From positions 76,975 to 140,974 of the forward strand of contig NGFH01000002.1 of assembly GCA_002215675.1 (NCBI GenBank): a DNA stretch of 64,000 nt, read 5' to 3'. This DNA is from Bacteroidetes bacterium 2013_40CM_41_45. Its GTDB lineage: Bacteria; Bacteroidota; Bacteroidia; AKYH767-A; 2013-40CM-41-45. Position 1 is the first letter of the stretch. The number at the start of each line of letters is the position of its first letter. Below are positions 38,686 through 48,449 of the stretch, piece after piece. The position numbers were made by a program, and so were the translations under genes. Under the pieces are notes generated by a model, which worked only from the letters and a program-made list of their open reading frames with translations, searched no databases and was not told the DNA's origin.

Positions 38686-41079
38686 GTGAACTTTAAAGGT
38701 CTTTTTGAAAAGCTTTATTTCGCTTCCTCTGAAGAAGCGGTTGATGAAATTATTAATCAACATCCTGATATTTTTAAAAATGAAAATTGGAGTCCGTTTG
38801 GAGGAGACGAAAAACTTTTTGGAATTGTCAGAGGTCAGCAATCCAGTCCTATCGCTGCATTGGTTGAGAAAGTGACAAATTCCATTGACGCAATTTTAAT
38901 GAGGAAGTGTTTTGAATCAGGAATTAATCCGTCCTCAACGAATGCTCCACGTACTATGGGTGAGGCAATCAATAAATTTTTCCCTGACCATAAGAACTGG
39001 GATCTGTCAAAGTTTAGAGCGAAGCAGTCAGAGGAAATTCAGGTTGTTGCTGATGGTCCACCCCGTAACACTTCAGTAATTATCTATGACAATGGCGAAG
39101 GACAACACCCACAGGAATTTGAAAACACATTTTTGTCTTTGGTGCGCGGGAATAAAATCAACATCCATTTTGTGCAGGGGAAATATAACATGGGCGGCAG
39201 CGGTGCTTTAGTTTTCTGTGGAAGGAAGCGATTTCAACTCATTGGCTCAAAGCGGTTTGACCATTCAGGGAAATTTGGTTTTACATTATGCAGACAACGA
39301 AAGATAGGTGATGCGACTGATGCAAAACGTTTCAGCTATTTTGAATATCTAAAAATTGAAGGAGAGATTCCTTTGTTTGAATCCGGTGAAATGGATTTGA
39401 AGCTCTTAAATAGAAAATTTAAAACGGGCACAATAATTAAATTGTATTCATATCAATTTCCTTCGGGATATTCTGGGTTTGCTCAGGACTTAAATCAAAG
39501 CTTAAATGAATTTCTTTTTGAACCCGTACTGCCTGTTTACACAGTTGATAACAAAGAACGATATCCAAACAACAAAGTTCTTGAGCTTGATTTATATGGA
39601 TTGAAAAGAAGATTAGAAGAGGATAAAAACGATTATGTTGAAAGATTTTTTTCGGAAGAATACGTTGATGAGCTTTTTGGAATAACAAAAGTCACATGTT
39701 ATGTTTTCAAACCTAAACTTGAGAAGCGAAATGTAAAAGAATCAAAAAAGATTATTGGGGACCGGTTCTTTCGGAATGATATGTCAGTTATGTTTTCCGT
39801 AAATGGACAAGTTCAGGGCAGTTATACTTCTGAATTCATTACGCGTACATTGAAATTTAATTTGCTGAAGGATTATTTACTTATTCATTGCGACTGTACG
39901 AATATGAAACCTGACTTCAGGGAAGAAATATTTATGTCCGATAGGGAAAGGTTGTCCAAAGGGGAGGACGCTCTTGCTCTTCGGGATTACTTAGGAAAGA
40001 AGCTGCGAAAGAGTCAATTGGATGAAATCAATCGACACAGAAAAGAATCCATCGGATTAGAAAGTGAAGATACTTCTGAACTGATAAAGTCATTTGCGAA
40101 AAATCTTCCGAAAGACAGTGAGTTGTTCAAACTTCTACAAAACACATTGAAGCTGGAAGAGAAAAAAGAAACCAAGAAATCTGAGGACGGACAAAGGCCA
40201 AAAAATGTAAAGGAAGAAAAACCGTTTAATCCAAGTCGTTTCCCATCGCTGTTTAAGTTGAATGGAAGTAAAGGCGGTATAACCGTGATCAATCTGCCAG
40301 TTAACGGAGAGAAAACAATAAGGTTTGATACTGACGTTGAAGATGATTATTTCGACAGGGTTGATGAACCAGGTGAACTGCAGATAGCTCTTTTGAAGAT
40401 AAAAAGAAATATTGTTGGAGGTGGAGATAAACCTGGAAGTAAAAAAGAAATTTCCGAATATCTGAATATTGTAAAAAGCAGCCCTAGTAGAGGTACTATA
40501 AGACTTACTCTCAATCCCACCCATGAGTTGAAAATAGATGACGAAGTTGAAATAAAAGTTTCACTTACTGCTCCAGGAGAAGCAAAGGACGAAATGCTTC
40601 TTGTAAAAATTGTTCAACCTGAAGCGCCGAAAGAAAAAGCACCTAAACAGGAGGAAGAATTAGAAAGTATAGGTTTACCTGAACTCAAACGTGTTACATC
40701 TCAGCAATGGGAACAAATGGAACAACACGGTATTTCAATGAACAGAGATACAGTAATGTTTCCTGTTGGCGAGGGAGATAAACTTGAAAAAGTTTACATC
40801 AACTTAGACAGTCGTGTTTTTTTGAATCATCGCTCTAAGCTGAAATCAGAAGATCAAATTACAGTTGCGCAAAAACGTTACCTCTCCTCTGTATATTTTC
40901 ATACTCTATTTCTTTACATAATTACAAAAAGAAAAAAATATTCTCTTACTATCCCAAAAGGGGATAAGCAGGAAGAAGTTACCGTTGATGAATATATCCG
41001 CGATGTATTTGATAGTTACTACTCCGACTTTTTATTGAACTTCGGGATGGAGCAATTGATGGGAGTGTTAGAAGAATAA
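38686..41079 (+). CDS. GHKL (Bergerat-fold) ATPase-domain protein, 797 aa, with a long charged Lys/Glu-rich linker
   Basis: N box EKVTNSIDA and G1 box YDNGEGQ near the N-terminus. GTG start. The last 51 nt of the gene are repeated at 41889..41939. Confidence 0.55.
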   Translation: MNFKGLFEKLYFASSEEAVDEIINQHPDIFKNENWSPFGGDEKLFGIVRGQQSSPIAALVEKVTNSIDAILMRKCFESGINPSSTNAPRTMGEAINKFFPDHKNWDLSKFRAKQSEEIQVVADGPPRNTSVIIYDNGEGQHPQEFENTFLSLVRGNKINIHFVQGKYNMGGSGALVFCGRKRFQLIGSKRFDHSGKFGFTLCRQRKIGDATDAKRFSYFEYLKIEGEIPLFESGEMDLKLLNRKFKTGTIIKLYSYQFPSGYSGFAQDLNQSLNEFLFEPVLPVYTVDNKERYPNNKVLELDLYGLKRRLEEDKNDYVERFFSEEYVDELFGITKVTCYVFKPKLEKRNVKESKKIIGDRFFRNDMSVMFSVNGQVQGSYTSEFITRTLKFNLLKDYLLIHCDCTNMKPDFREEIFMSDRERLSKGEDALALRDYLGKKLRKSQLDEINRHRKESIGLESEDTSELIKSFAKNLPKDSELFKLLQNTLKLEEKKETKKSEDGQRPKNVKEEKPFNPSRFPSLFKLNGSKGGITVINLPVNGEKTIRFDTDVEDDYFDRVDEPGELQIALLKIKRNIVGGGDKPGSKKEISEYLNIVKSSPSRGTIRLTLNPTHELKIDDEVEIKVSLTAPGEAKDEMLLVKIVQPEAPKEKAPKQEEELESIGLPELKRVTSQQWEQMEQHGISMNRDTVMFPVGEGDKLEKVYINLDSRVFLNHRSKLKSEDQITVAQKRYLSSVYFHTLFLYIITKRKKYSLTIPKGDKQEEVTVDEYIRDVFDSYYSDFLLNFGMEQLMGVLEE
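41029..41079 (+). repeat. 51-bp direct repeat, copy 1 (3' end of the GHKL gene)
   Basis: tttttattgaacttcgggatggagcaattgatgggagtgttagaagaataa; 46/51 identical to 41889..41939. Confidence 0.6.
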
Positions 41080-41098
41080 AAAGTAAAAAGCTAAAAAA

Positions 41099-41869
41099 AT
41101 GAAAATCTTAGATTTATTAAAAAAGCTTTCATTATTTATTTCTATAACGTTCTTAGGAGTACTTATTTCTAACTTATTTCCTGGTCAATATAACAAACTT
41201 ATTGTTATAATAATTTGCATTGCATTTATTTCATATGCGGCTACTTATTTCATACATAGGAGTATAAGCAAAAATATAACTAATAAGTCCTTAGATATTA
41301 CTGGTTTTTTTCTCACCGAAAGAGGAAGGAAATTTATTGCAACAATGGAAGTAATGGGTATTCATGATGTATTTAGTAAGCTAAGAGGAAGCGAGGCGGA
41401 TCCTCGTAATATCGTAAAAAGTGTAAAAAAATCCTTATATTTTATGGGAGGTACAGCATCCAAATGGAGAGATATGGAGGCTCTAAATGGAATTGCAAAG
41501 TTGCAAGCTGATAATGTTGAAATTAAATTTCTTTTATTCAATCCCGAATCAAAAAATAAGCAAGAATTCTTTAAGTTAAGACAACTTGAAGCGAGCAATA
41601 CATATTTTATGGAATTTATGAATAGAAATAAAAATGTTGAAATAAGAGTATTCGATTTTTTGCCACATATTCGTTTAAACATAATTGATAACAAAGTCAT
41701 GTATGTTTATAGTTATTATGATCATAATGCAAACTATAGTTTTGGGGAAGAAACTCCAGTTATTAAGCTCTTAAATGATTCTGAGATTCAAAAACCTTTG
41801 TACGAGGCGTTTCAAAAATATTTTGAAAATGTTTGGTCTGAGTCTAAGCAAATAATTCCAAAAGTTTGA
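41099..41869 (+). CDS. Membrane protein (two N-terminal TM helices + ~190-aa cytoplasmic or periplasmic domain), hypothetical
   Basis: LFISITFLGVLISNLF and LIVIIICIAFISYAATYFI hydrophobic helices. Confidence 0.5.
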   Translation: MKILDLLKKLSLFISITFLGVLISNLFPGQYNKLIVIIICIAFISYAATYFIHRSISKNITNKSLDITGFFLTERGRKFIATMEVMGIHDVFSKLRGSEADPRNIVKSVKKSLYFMGGTASKWRDMEALNGIAKLQADNVEIKFLLFNPESKNKQEFFKLRQLEASNTYFMEFMNRNKNVEIRVFDFLPHIRLNIIDNKVMYVYSYYDHNANYSFGEETPVIKLLNDSEIQKPLYEAFQKYFENVWSESKQIIPKV

Positions 41870-41888
41870 CAGGAAGACATTCTAATTT

Positions 41889-41939
41889 TTTTTATTGAAC
41901 TTCGGAATGGAGCAATTGATGGGAGTTCTTGAGGAATAA
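41889..41939 (+). repeat. 51-bp direct repeat, copy 2 (immediately after the membrane-protein gene)
   Basis: tttttattgaacttcggaatggagcaattgatgggagttcttgaggaataa. Confidence 0.6.
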
Positions 41940-41940
41940 T

Positions 41941-42978
41941 TTAAGCAGCTTTTACAAATAGTTTATCTGCTTCAATCTTTAAAAGCCGTATAATATCATT
42001 AATTTCAGTGTATCTCCTTTTCTTAGAATGATTAAGCATTGTTCTGACAATTTGGTAAATTCTCGAATGCTTAATCATAAAATCCTTTTCCTTTATTACT
42101 CCAATTGGAGCATTATATTGAAATATGTACCAAAACACTTTTCCCAATTGAAATATATCAGACTGATGGTCAATAAAACAATTATGATCGAATTCAAAAT
42201 TCTTTCCTTCGCATAAAAATTTATTCATTGACTCAGGAGACAGCCATCCGGCGGGACCTATACGCTCTGCAATGTTATCTATCATATCTAAACTATTCCG
42301 TTCTGCGATTAGGCCTAAATCACCTATTTTCCAAAGTGAATCAATCATAAAAATATTATCGGGCTTAATGTCTCTATGATAATAACCTAATGAAAATAAT
42401 TCCTTTAATCCTTCACAAAGACTTATAGATAATTCAATCTTTTCATATAATTCTAAACGGTTGTGATTAAGCTCAATGTATTTTTTCAAATCATTGTTGG
42501 CATATTCCATTGTGTAAAACAAATATTCATCATAGGATGTATTAGGAACGTTTCTTATTTTGCAAGTTCCATCATGAAAGATTTTTATAACGTTCTGAAA
42601 GTTTTCTGCATTACATTTTTTTAGAGCGTCTATTTCCTTTTTGAACCGCTTCTCTTTTTTTGACGGAAATCTTAAATTAGAAGAGTTTTTTGAGTTCGAT
42701 ATTTTCAAAACAATATCGGGATCTCCATATTCAATATTTCCTGTATTGACTTCATCGAATGTCTGACTTTCATAAAGATTTAGGATAATAGAATTACCAC
42801 CCTTATTACCTGGACTTGCCCCATTAAGGTATGTAAAGTAATATCCTATTCCATCAATTGTAATAAAATTATCTTTTGGATTTTCTATAGTAATAGGCTG
42901 GCCATATTGACTGGTTCCAACTCGATTGTAAATCGTGCTATTTATAATTAATTTATTATCTGGAAAATTAAATTCCAT
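41941..42978 (-). CDS. Eukaryotic-like protein kinase fold protein (345 aa)
   Basis: Catalytic loop YYHRDIKPDNIFM, DLG (DFG-equivalent) in KIGDLGL, SPE (APE-equivalent) in GWLSPES, Gly-rich GNKGGNS, and VLKI (beta3 Lys). Four-nucleotide gap to the upstream DUF262 gene. Confidence 0.6.
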   Translation of the reverse strand: MEFNFPDNKLIINSTIYNRVGTSQYGQPITIENPKDNFITIDGIGYYFTYLNGASPGNKGGNSIILNLYESQTFDEVNTGNIEYGDPDIVLKISNSKNSSNLRFPSKKEKRFKKEIDALKKCNAENFQNVIKIFHDGTCKIRNVPNTSYDEYLFYTMEYANNDLKKYIELNHNRLELYEKIELSISLCEGLKELFSLGYYHRDIKPDNIFMIDSLWKIGDLGLIAERNSLDMIDNIAERIGPAGWLSPESMNKFLCEGKNFEFDHNCFIDHQSDIFQLGKVFWYIFQYNAPIGVIKEKDFMIKHSRIYQIVRTMLNHSKKRRYTEINDIIRLLKIEADKLFVKAA

Positions 42979-42982
42979 GATT

Positions 42983-44101
42983 TCATTTATTTAAGCTTTC
43001 AACATCAAGCAATTCAAAATTTCCAATTTTCTTCAGACTTACTTTTCTATTTCCAAACAATGACGATAAATAATTTAATACGTCAGCCAAAGTCTCATTA
43101 ATATTAATAGATTCATTTTTAAGTATCGCATTAAAAAAATTCAATCTTTTTTCTCTGGCACTTTTTGAATTGGATTGAGTGATACAATTATTTGCATATT
43201 CCTTAAGAGCTAGGCACTCTTCGTTAGATGGACGTATCATTTGCCTCCCATCTTTATCTTTACCATCGATAACAAGCAATATTTTGTATTGATACTTTAA
43301 GACCTCATTTTCTAAATCAATATTCTCACTAAGGAATGAGAATAATGTGTAAAAATCATTCTTCTGTTTATATCGTGTTCCAACCAGTGGAGTGATATTA
43401 TTTAGCAATTCTATTTTATCTATTATTCTTTTAAAAGTTTTGTCAAGGTAATTGTACTCATCTTGATTAATGTCTGATTTAAAAACACCCTCTACAGACT
43501 TCCTTTTGTCTTTAACTCCTGAAATTAAATATGCTAAAAGTTCCTCAATGAACGCTCTATCATTCATTCGTTTTGAAGTTGCTTCGGAGAAGAGATTCAA
43601 ATTGATTAAATTCTGATACGAAAGCAAATCATTCGCTAATTTCATAAACATAGAATCGTGAAATTCAGATTTATTTACTTCCGCTATATTAAGGTGAACC
43701 CCTTTTTTATTAATGAGGACATAAAATTCTTTTAAAAAAGCAGGATTTGAAACCTCGCGGATTAAAATTACGGGAATTCTATAATCAAGAAATCTTTCTT
43801 GATCTACACTAGAAAATTGAATTTTACTAAATGCTTTTGAAGATGTAATTTGTCCTTTAACAAATCGATAAATTGTTTTTGTCCGCTGTTGCCCGTCCAC
43901 AATTTCATAAGTTCCTCCTGGTTTTTCATAAAAGAAAAAACTTGGAAGTGGATATGCTTTCAAAATTGTATCAATTAGCTCCATTTGATTATCTGGAGAC
44001 CAAATAAAGTTCCTTTGATACGAGGGATTTAAATCAATAAGATTATTATCAATTAAATGAATGACTTCTCTTATTGAAAATTCTTTAAGAATAAATTCCA
44101 T
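42983..44101 (-). CDS. DUF262 (ParB/GmrSD-N-like) domain protein with DGQQR motif; SspE-N-terminal-like or DndB-like
   Basis: PSYQRNFIWS ... GTYEIVDGQQRTKTIYRF. No recognisable nuclease motif in the C-terminal 170 aa. Confidence 0.65.
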   Translation of the reverse strand: MEFILKEFSIREVIHLIDNNLIDLNPSYQRNFIWSPDNQMELIDTILKAYPLPSFFFYEKPGGTYEIVDGQQRTKTIYRFVKGQITSSKAFSKIQFSSVDQERFLDYRIPVILIREVSNPAFLKEFYVLINKKGVHLNIAEVNKSEFHDSMFMKLANDLLSYQNLINLNLFSEATSKRMNDRAFIEELLAYLISGVKDKRKSVEGVFKSDINQDEYNYLDKTFKRIIDKIELLNNITPLVGTRYKQKNDFYTLFSFLSENIDLENEVLKYQYKILLVIDGKDKDGRQMIRPSNEECLALKEYANNCITQSNSKSAREKRLNFFNAILKNESININETLADVLNYLSSLFGNRKVSLKKIGNFELLDVESLNK

Positions 44102-44104
44102 TTT

Positions 44105-45211
44105 TCAAACAAAACAAGCCGTACATCCTTCGTCGTCTAATTTTGGTAAGATGTCAAGCAACTTGTTGGATTTTGGCTTTTCGTTTTTTGTACGTTTAAG
44201 ATATTCTGATTTGATTTGCTCCATCCTGTTGGGTTGAATCAAATCGGTCAGACTTTCGTGCTGGTTCCATGTAAAACCCGCTTTTTCGTTTTCATATTTC
44301 ACTGCCGAATTAAAAAGGTCAGGATGTTGTTCGTAAAGCCAAATCCATTCTATGCGCTGCTGAAAAAAGCAAAAGTAGCAACCGGAACGACTCCGTGCAT
44401 ACATTCCATTTTCGCTCTCGGTTTTAAAAGGAAGTTTGGTGTAGTAGTTTGGCATCCCAACAGTTTCACGAAGTAGCTCTACAACATCTTCCATTTTATA
44501 AATATCTTCATTATCCAGTAAAGGAAAATTATGAACATTAGCTAAAGGATAAGATGTGCTTTTCAAAAACTCGAATGTTATGTGATTAAATGTAACGGTA
44601 TCTAAATTCAAAAGTGCTTTTAATTTTTGCTCTTTAGTGAATTCAACAGTGATAGGTTCTTCAATTACAGAAATGAAACGCGGTAAGCGTTCTTCACTTA
44701 CACGTTGCTGGTATTGTTTAGAAAGAAATGGAATATTGGTATTCGCCAACACTTTTGCAATTATATCTACGCTCCATATATTTTGACGGAAAGGAAAAAT
44801 AGATTGAATGTTTGGCTTGGTGGAGATGTATCCTTCGCGGTTTTCATCACCCCGAATACCGACATACGAAATCACAGGAGTATCACCGACAAATTTTTCA
44901 AACGGTTCAATTTTTAATTTCTTCGTACACCAGCGAGCTGTTGGGCTTGGCAGGTATCCACCGAAAAGATTAAAGTAGTGATCAAATGGGTCTTTGTTGG
45001 AATCTTTGGCAGCTTCGAGATATGTAACCTTTTTTCCAAGGAAGCTTTCAAGATTCTTTATCAGGGTATAAGTGTCCTCTAATTCTTTTCCCGTATCGCA
45101 AAAATAATATTCAATATCCAGTTGAGGATAATTACGCTTCATATAAACCGCTAAAGCAGCGCTGTCCTTGCCTCCCGATATGCCGAGTACGTGCCTTATG
45201 CTATTGTTCAT
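44105..45211 (-). CDS. PAPS-reductase-like PP-loop ATP pyrophosphatase (SspD/DndC-like)
   Basis: PP-loop LGISGGKDSAALAVYM. C-terminal Cys motifs CYFCFF / GCTACF. Confidence 0.7.
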   Translation of the reverse strand: MNNSIRHVLGISGGKDSAALAVYMKRNYPQLDIEYYFCDTGKELEDTYTLIKNLESFLGKKVTYLEAAKDSNKDPFDHYFNLFGGYLPSPTARWCTKKLKIEPFEKFVGDTPVISYVGIRGDENREGYISTKPNIQSIFPFRQNIWSVDIIAKVLANTNIPFLSKQYQQRVSEERLPRFISVIEEPITVEFTKEQKLKALLNLDTVTFNHITFEFLKSTSYPLANVHNFPLLDNEDIYKMEDVVELLRETVGMPNYYTKLPFKTESENGMYARSRSGCYFCFFQQRIEWIWLYEQHPDLFNSAVKYENEKAGFTWNQHESLTDLIQPNRMEQIKSEYLKRTKNEKPKSNKLLDILPKLDDEGCTACFV

Positions 45212-48200
45212 TCGATAATTCTTCCTGTAAAAGTTTTACAAGGATACTGAGATTTGTTTTAGTGTCCTTTCGCAATATCGTCTTTATTTTTTGCACTGCA
45301 ACATCCACGTCCTTTTGCTGTGATTTTGGAATACGCAGAATCCTTTTACTTAATCCTTTTACAAAAGAAGATACTTGAAACATTAAAACTTCTTCATTTG
45401 CTTCATCCACATCCGACTTACTAAGTTCGCTTAAAGAATCCAATTCCAAAATAAATTCGCTGAACTGGGTGTGTAGTTTGCTTTCTTCTTCATCGGTTAT
45501 TGAATCCAAGGATTTTCCTATACAAGCCTGTGCAATAGAGGCAAGATAAGAATCGCGGTCATCCAATTCGGAAGTTAGACGGTTATAAAATGCTTTTTGT
45601 GCGGGAAGCAGCAAATACGTTTTTAAGCCGGAGAATCGCTTCTTAATAGAATTTTTGTAAGAAGGGAAATTTCCCTCAACGCCTAAAACATTTTTAACTG
45701 TTTCTTCAAAGAGAGTTAGTAGCTGGTTATAACTGCCTTGAATTTCACGAATGTAAGTTTGCAATTCTTGGACAAATTTCTCAGCAAGTTTTTCATCTTT
45801 TTTTAACTGAGGTAATGTATAGCCCAGTGCTGCCGGAAAATCTTCAAAGAAAATTTTTTCAGGATCAATTGCATTTGCGATTGCATCACGCAATGCGATT
45901 GCTTTTTTAGAAATGCGCTTTGTGGTTTTCGAATAGCTGCTGAGGTTTCTGTACAGGACTAAAAAGGGTCTAATCGTTTCAATAAAACTTTTATTTGATA
46001 CCCTAATGTCCTTGCTTTGATTGATAAGGGTGCGATACCGCCTGAATAATTTTATCCGAATGCTGTCCAAATCAAATGCCTTGATGCTGAAGTTTGCCGG
46101 CTTGCGAACGAGCAGATCTAAAACATCAGATTTAATTTCTGGAATATATTTTCCCTCATCATCATAAAGTGCATATTCATCCTGTTGTGAGATAAGAAAA
46201 ACGCATAGCCAAAAATCAAGAAATCCTTTTTTGAGTTTGATAGGTTTGCGAGAAAGAATATCTACTAACTCCTGTAAATTGCGTTTATCTGTTTTCGCAC
46301 TCGAAATAAAATCAACGCATATTTTCCACAGTGGCAGGAAAGAACTTTCAGCAGGTCGGCTTAATTGCCAGAATCCTTCACTGTTGTTATGTATGCCGGG
46401 TTCCTTTAAAAGAGAAAGGTAAATAGTTTTCTGAGGTGGAAAATGAGTTTCATCAAACCCAATATTTTCTATGTCACAACGCGATAAAAGCGCAAGAACC
46501 AAATCCCTTCTTGCAGCTGAAATCTGAGGGGAAATACTTGTTTTATTCACCATCTCATTTTTGAAATGAGGTGTTCTATTGTAAACGGTATTACAGATTT
46601 CGGAAAGTTTCTGATTCAGTTGCGTGCTGTTTTTGATATGTAGTTTTTCATCCCTAAAATACCATTCAACAATTTCAGGATTGTAGAAACTATCCATCAC
46701 AGCATGATTAAGTAAATTGCGGTTGTGTTGCAAAATACCTTTAAGTTCGCGGACAGCTACTTTATCATCCGGATTTAGTTCAATTACTTTGTTTACTTTT
46801 TGAATTTCAAAAAGTAGCTTCTGAATTTCTTTTGTGTTCTTAAAGCAACCAAATAAAATTGCTTCATCAGAGTTTGCAGAAGCACGCCTTATTTCTGCTG
46901 CCCTAGGGTTGAGGGAGAAGACAAGATTAATGTAACCATCAATTTCATCTTCTGGAACTAAGCTAATTGGATTTTCACTGATTTGAAATTGAAAAAAACG
47001 GGGAGTACCTGTTTTAAAAAATTCTTTCTTGGTAAGTATAAAAGGGAACTCAAAATTTTGTTGCAAGTGATGAACTACGTTTGTTACACGTTCTATCAAA
47101 TTACCTGCTTGATCAATTGCTAAATCAATATCAATATCAGTTCCTTCAAACAGAATGTACTTAAATGCATAATTAACGTACCGAATGATTTTATACTTTT
47201 CTAAGGTTTCAATGATATGTTCCGCATTACGAATACCCAAAGAATATTTTGCATAGTCAATCAAAAATGATTTTGTAAGTTTAGCTGACGCAGTGGCAAA
47301 AATGTTAAGTAAACCAATACTCTTAATTAATTTAACTGCGTCATTTTGTTGCTTACTTTTAAATGCTTCTATTCCTTCAACTTGTGCAATAGATTTTTTT
47401 AAAAGATTCCATTCTACAAAGTGGGGGTTATTTTTACTGTTGATGAACGAATAATAATTATGAGCGAAATACTCGTATATACAAGCAAGGTTGTAATAAG
47501 GGTGCTCATCTGAATTATAATCGTTTATGCCGTAGAAGTCATTTGATTCTAAAAATGAAAATAAGCTGCGTTCGTTTTGCCCATAACGTTGTAATGCCAA
47601 AGTGAGCACCGCTGCTGAAAGAATATCAAACGGAAGGAGTTTCTGAGCAATATCTTCATTGAAATAATCACGAAGTGGGAATGCTTTCGCATCTCGGATA
47701 ACTTCAAACAACTTTTGAAAATCTTTGGCGTCATTTCCTTTTGTACTTCTAAGCATCCTCTCAGAAGCTAAATATAGAAGTTGTTCTACGGGTTCATTAA
47801 ACGTAATATCTTTTAATCTTCCTTTGACTTTATTCCATTCATTACGCTGTGCTTTTGTCAAATCAAAAGCATAAGTGCCAAAATCCTGGTGAAGAGTTGT
47901 AATTAAAAGCAAATTATTTTTTTCATCATTTGCCAATTCTGCTAGCTGTTGAATAAAATAAAGTTCCTCTTCGGGATCATTTTTTGCAGCGCATTCTAAA
48001 AATTTTCCAAACTCATCTACTGCAATTATTGTTTTATAATTTTTCTTTTTATTCGATTTACAACGAAATGAAATTTCCTGAAGCAAATCGGAAATTTTGA
48101 ATAGAGAATTATGGCGGACTTTAAAACGCTCTGAAAAAGATTGTGTGATAGAAACGTAACTACCTATCACTTCAATAAACTCCATTTTTCCATATGAGTC

Positions 48201-48449
48201 TGTAAATTTTTTTGCTTCAGGAAAGTGATTATGTCTTCCATTCAGTGTCTGATAAAGAGCGAGTAAGAAAGATGATTTACCTGTGCCATATGCACCGATA
48301 ATATTAAACGCGCGATTTCCAGCATCAAAATCTAAAAGAAGTTGTTTATAAACCTGCTTGGCGTTAGGTGTTGAAATGTAATTCAACGGTGAATCTAAGT
48401 CACGCTGAATATTTGCCGAGGGAGAAAATTTTGGTTTAATAGCAATCAT
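45201..48449 (-). CDS. Large P-loop NTPase (1082 aa), SspC/BrxC-like
   Basis: Walker A GAYGTGKSS and Walker B TIIAVDEFGK. Overlaps both neighbouring genes. Confidence 0.6.
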   Translation of the reverse strand: MIAIKPKFSPSANIQRDLDSPLNYISTPNAKQVYKQLLLDFDAGNRAFNIIGAYGTGKSSFLLALYQTLNGRHNHFPEAKKFTDSYGKMEFIEVIGSYVSITQSFSERFKVRHNSLFKISDLLQEISFRCKSNKKKNYKTIIAVDEFGKFLECAAKNDPEEELYFIQQLAELANDEKNNLLLITTLHQDFGTYAFDLTKAQRNEWNKVKGRLKDITFNEPVEQLLYLASERMLRSTKGNDAKDFQKLFEVIRDAKAFPLRDYFNEDIAQKLLPFDILSAAVLTLALQRYGQNERSLFSFLESNDFYGINDYNSDEHPYYNLACIYEYFAHNYYSFINSKNNPHFVEWNLLKKSIAQVEGIEAFKSKQQNDAVKLIKSIGLLNIFATASAKLTKSFLIDYAKYSLGIRNAEHIIETLEKYKIIRYVNYAFKYILFEGTDIDIDLAIDQAGNLIERVTNVVHHLQQNFEFPFILTKKEFFKTGTPRFFQFQISENPISLVPEDEIDGYINLVFSLNPRAAEIRRASANSDEAILFGCFKNTKEIQKLLFEIQKVNKVIELNPDDKVAVRELKGILQHNRNLLNHAVMDSFYNPEIVEWYFRDEKLHIKNSTQLNQKLSEICNTVYNRTPHFKNEMVNKTSISPQISAARRDLVLALLSRCDIENIGFDETHFPPQKTIYLSLLKEPGIHNNSEGFWQLSRPAESSFLPLWKICVDFISSAKTDKRNLQELVDILSRKPIKLKKGFLDFWLCVFLISQQDEYALYDDEGKYIPEIKSDVLDLLVRKPANFSIKAFDLDSIRIKLFRRYRTLINQSKDIRVSNKSFIETIRPFLVLYRNLSSYSKTTKRISKKAIALRDAIANAIDPEKIFFEDFPAALGYTLPQLKKDEKLAEKFVQELQTYIREIQGSYNQLLTLFEETVKNVLGVEGNFPSYKNSIKKRFSGLKTYLLLPAQKAFYNRLTSELDDRDSYLASIAQACIGKSLDSITDEEESKLHTQFSEFILELDSLSELSKSDVDEANEEVLMFQVSSFVKGLSKRILRIPKSQQKDVDVAVQKIKTILRKDTKTNLSILVKLLQEELSNEQ

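Noticed and set aside
42983-44101. Calling the DUF262 protein a complete SspE or GmrSD restriction enzyme
   Set aside because: It has only ~170 aa after the DGQQR domain and no His-Me/HNH or DUF1524-like motif is visible. It is reported as DUF262-only.
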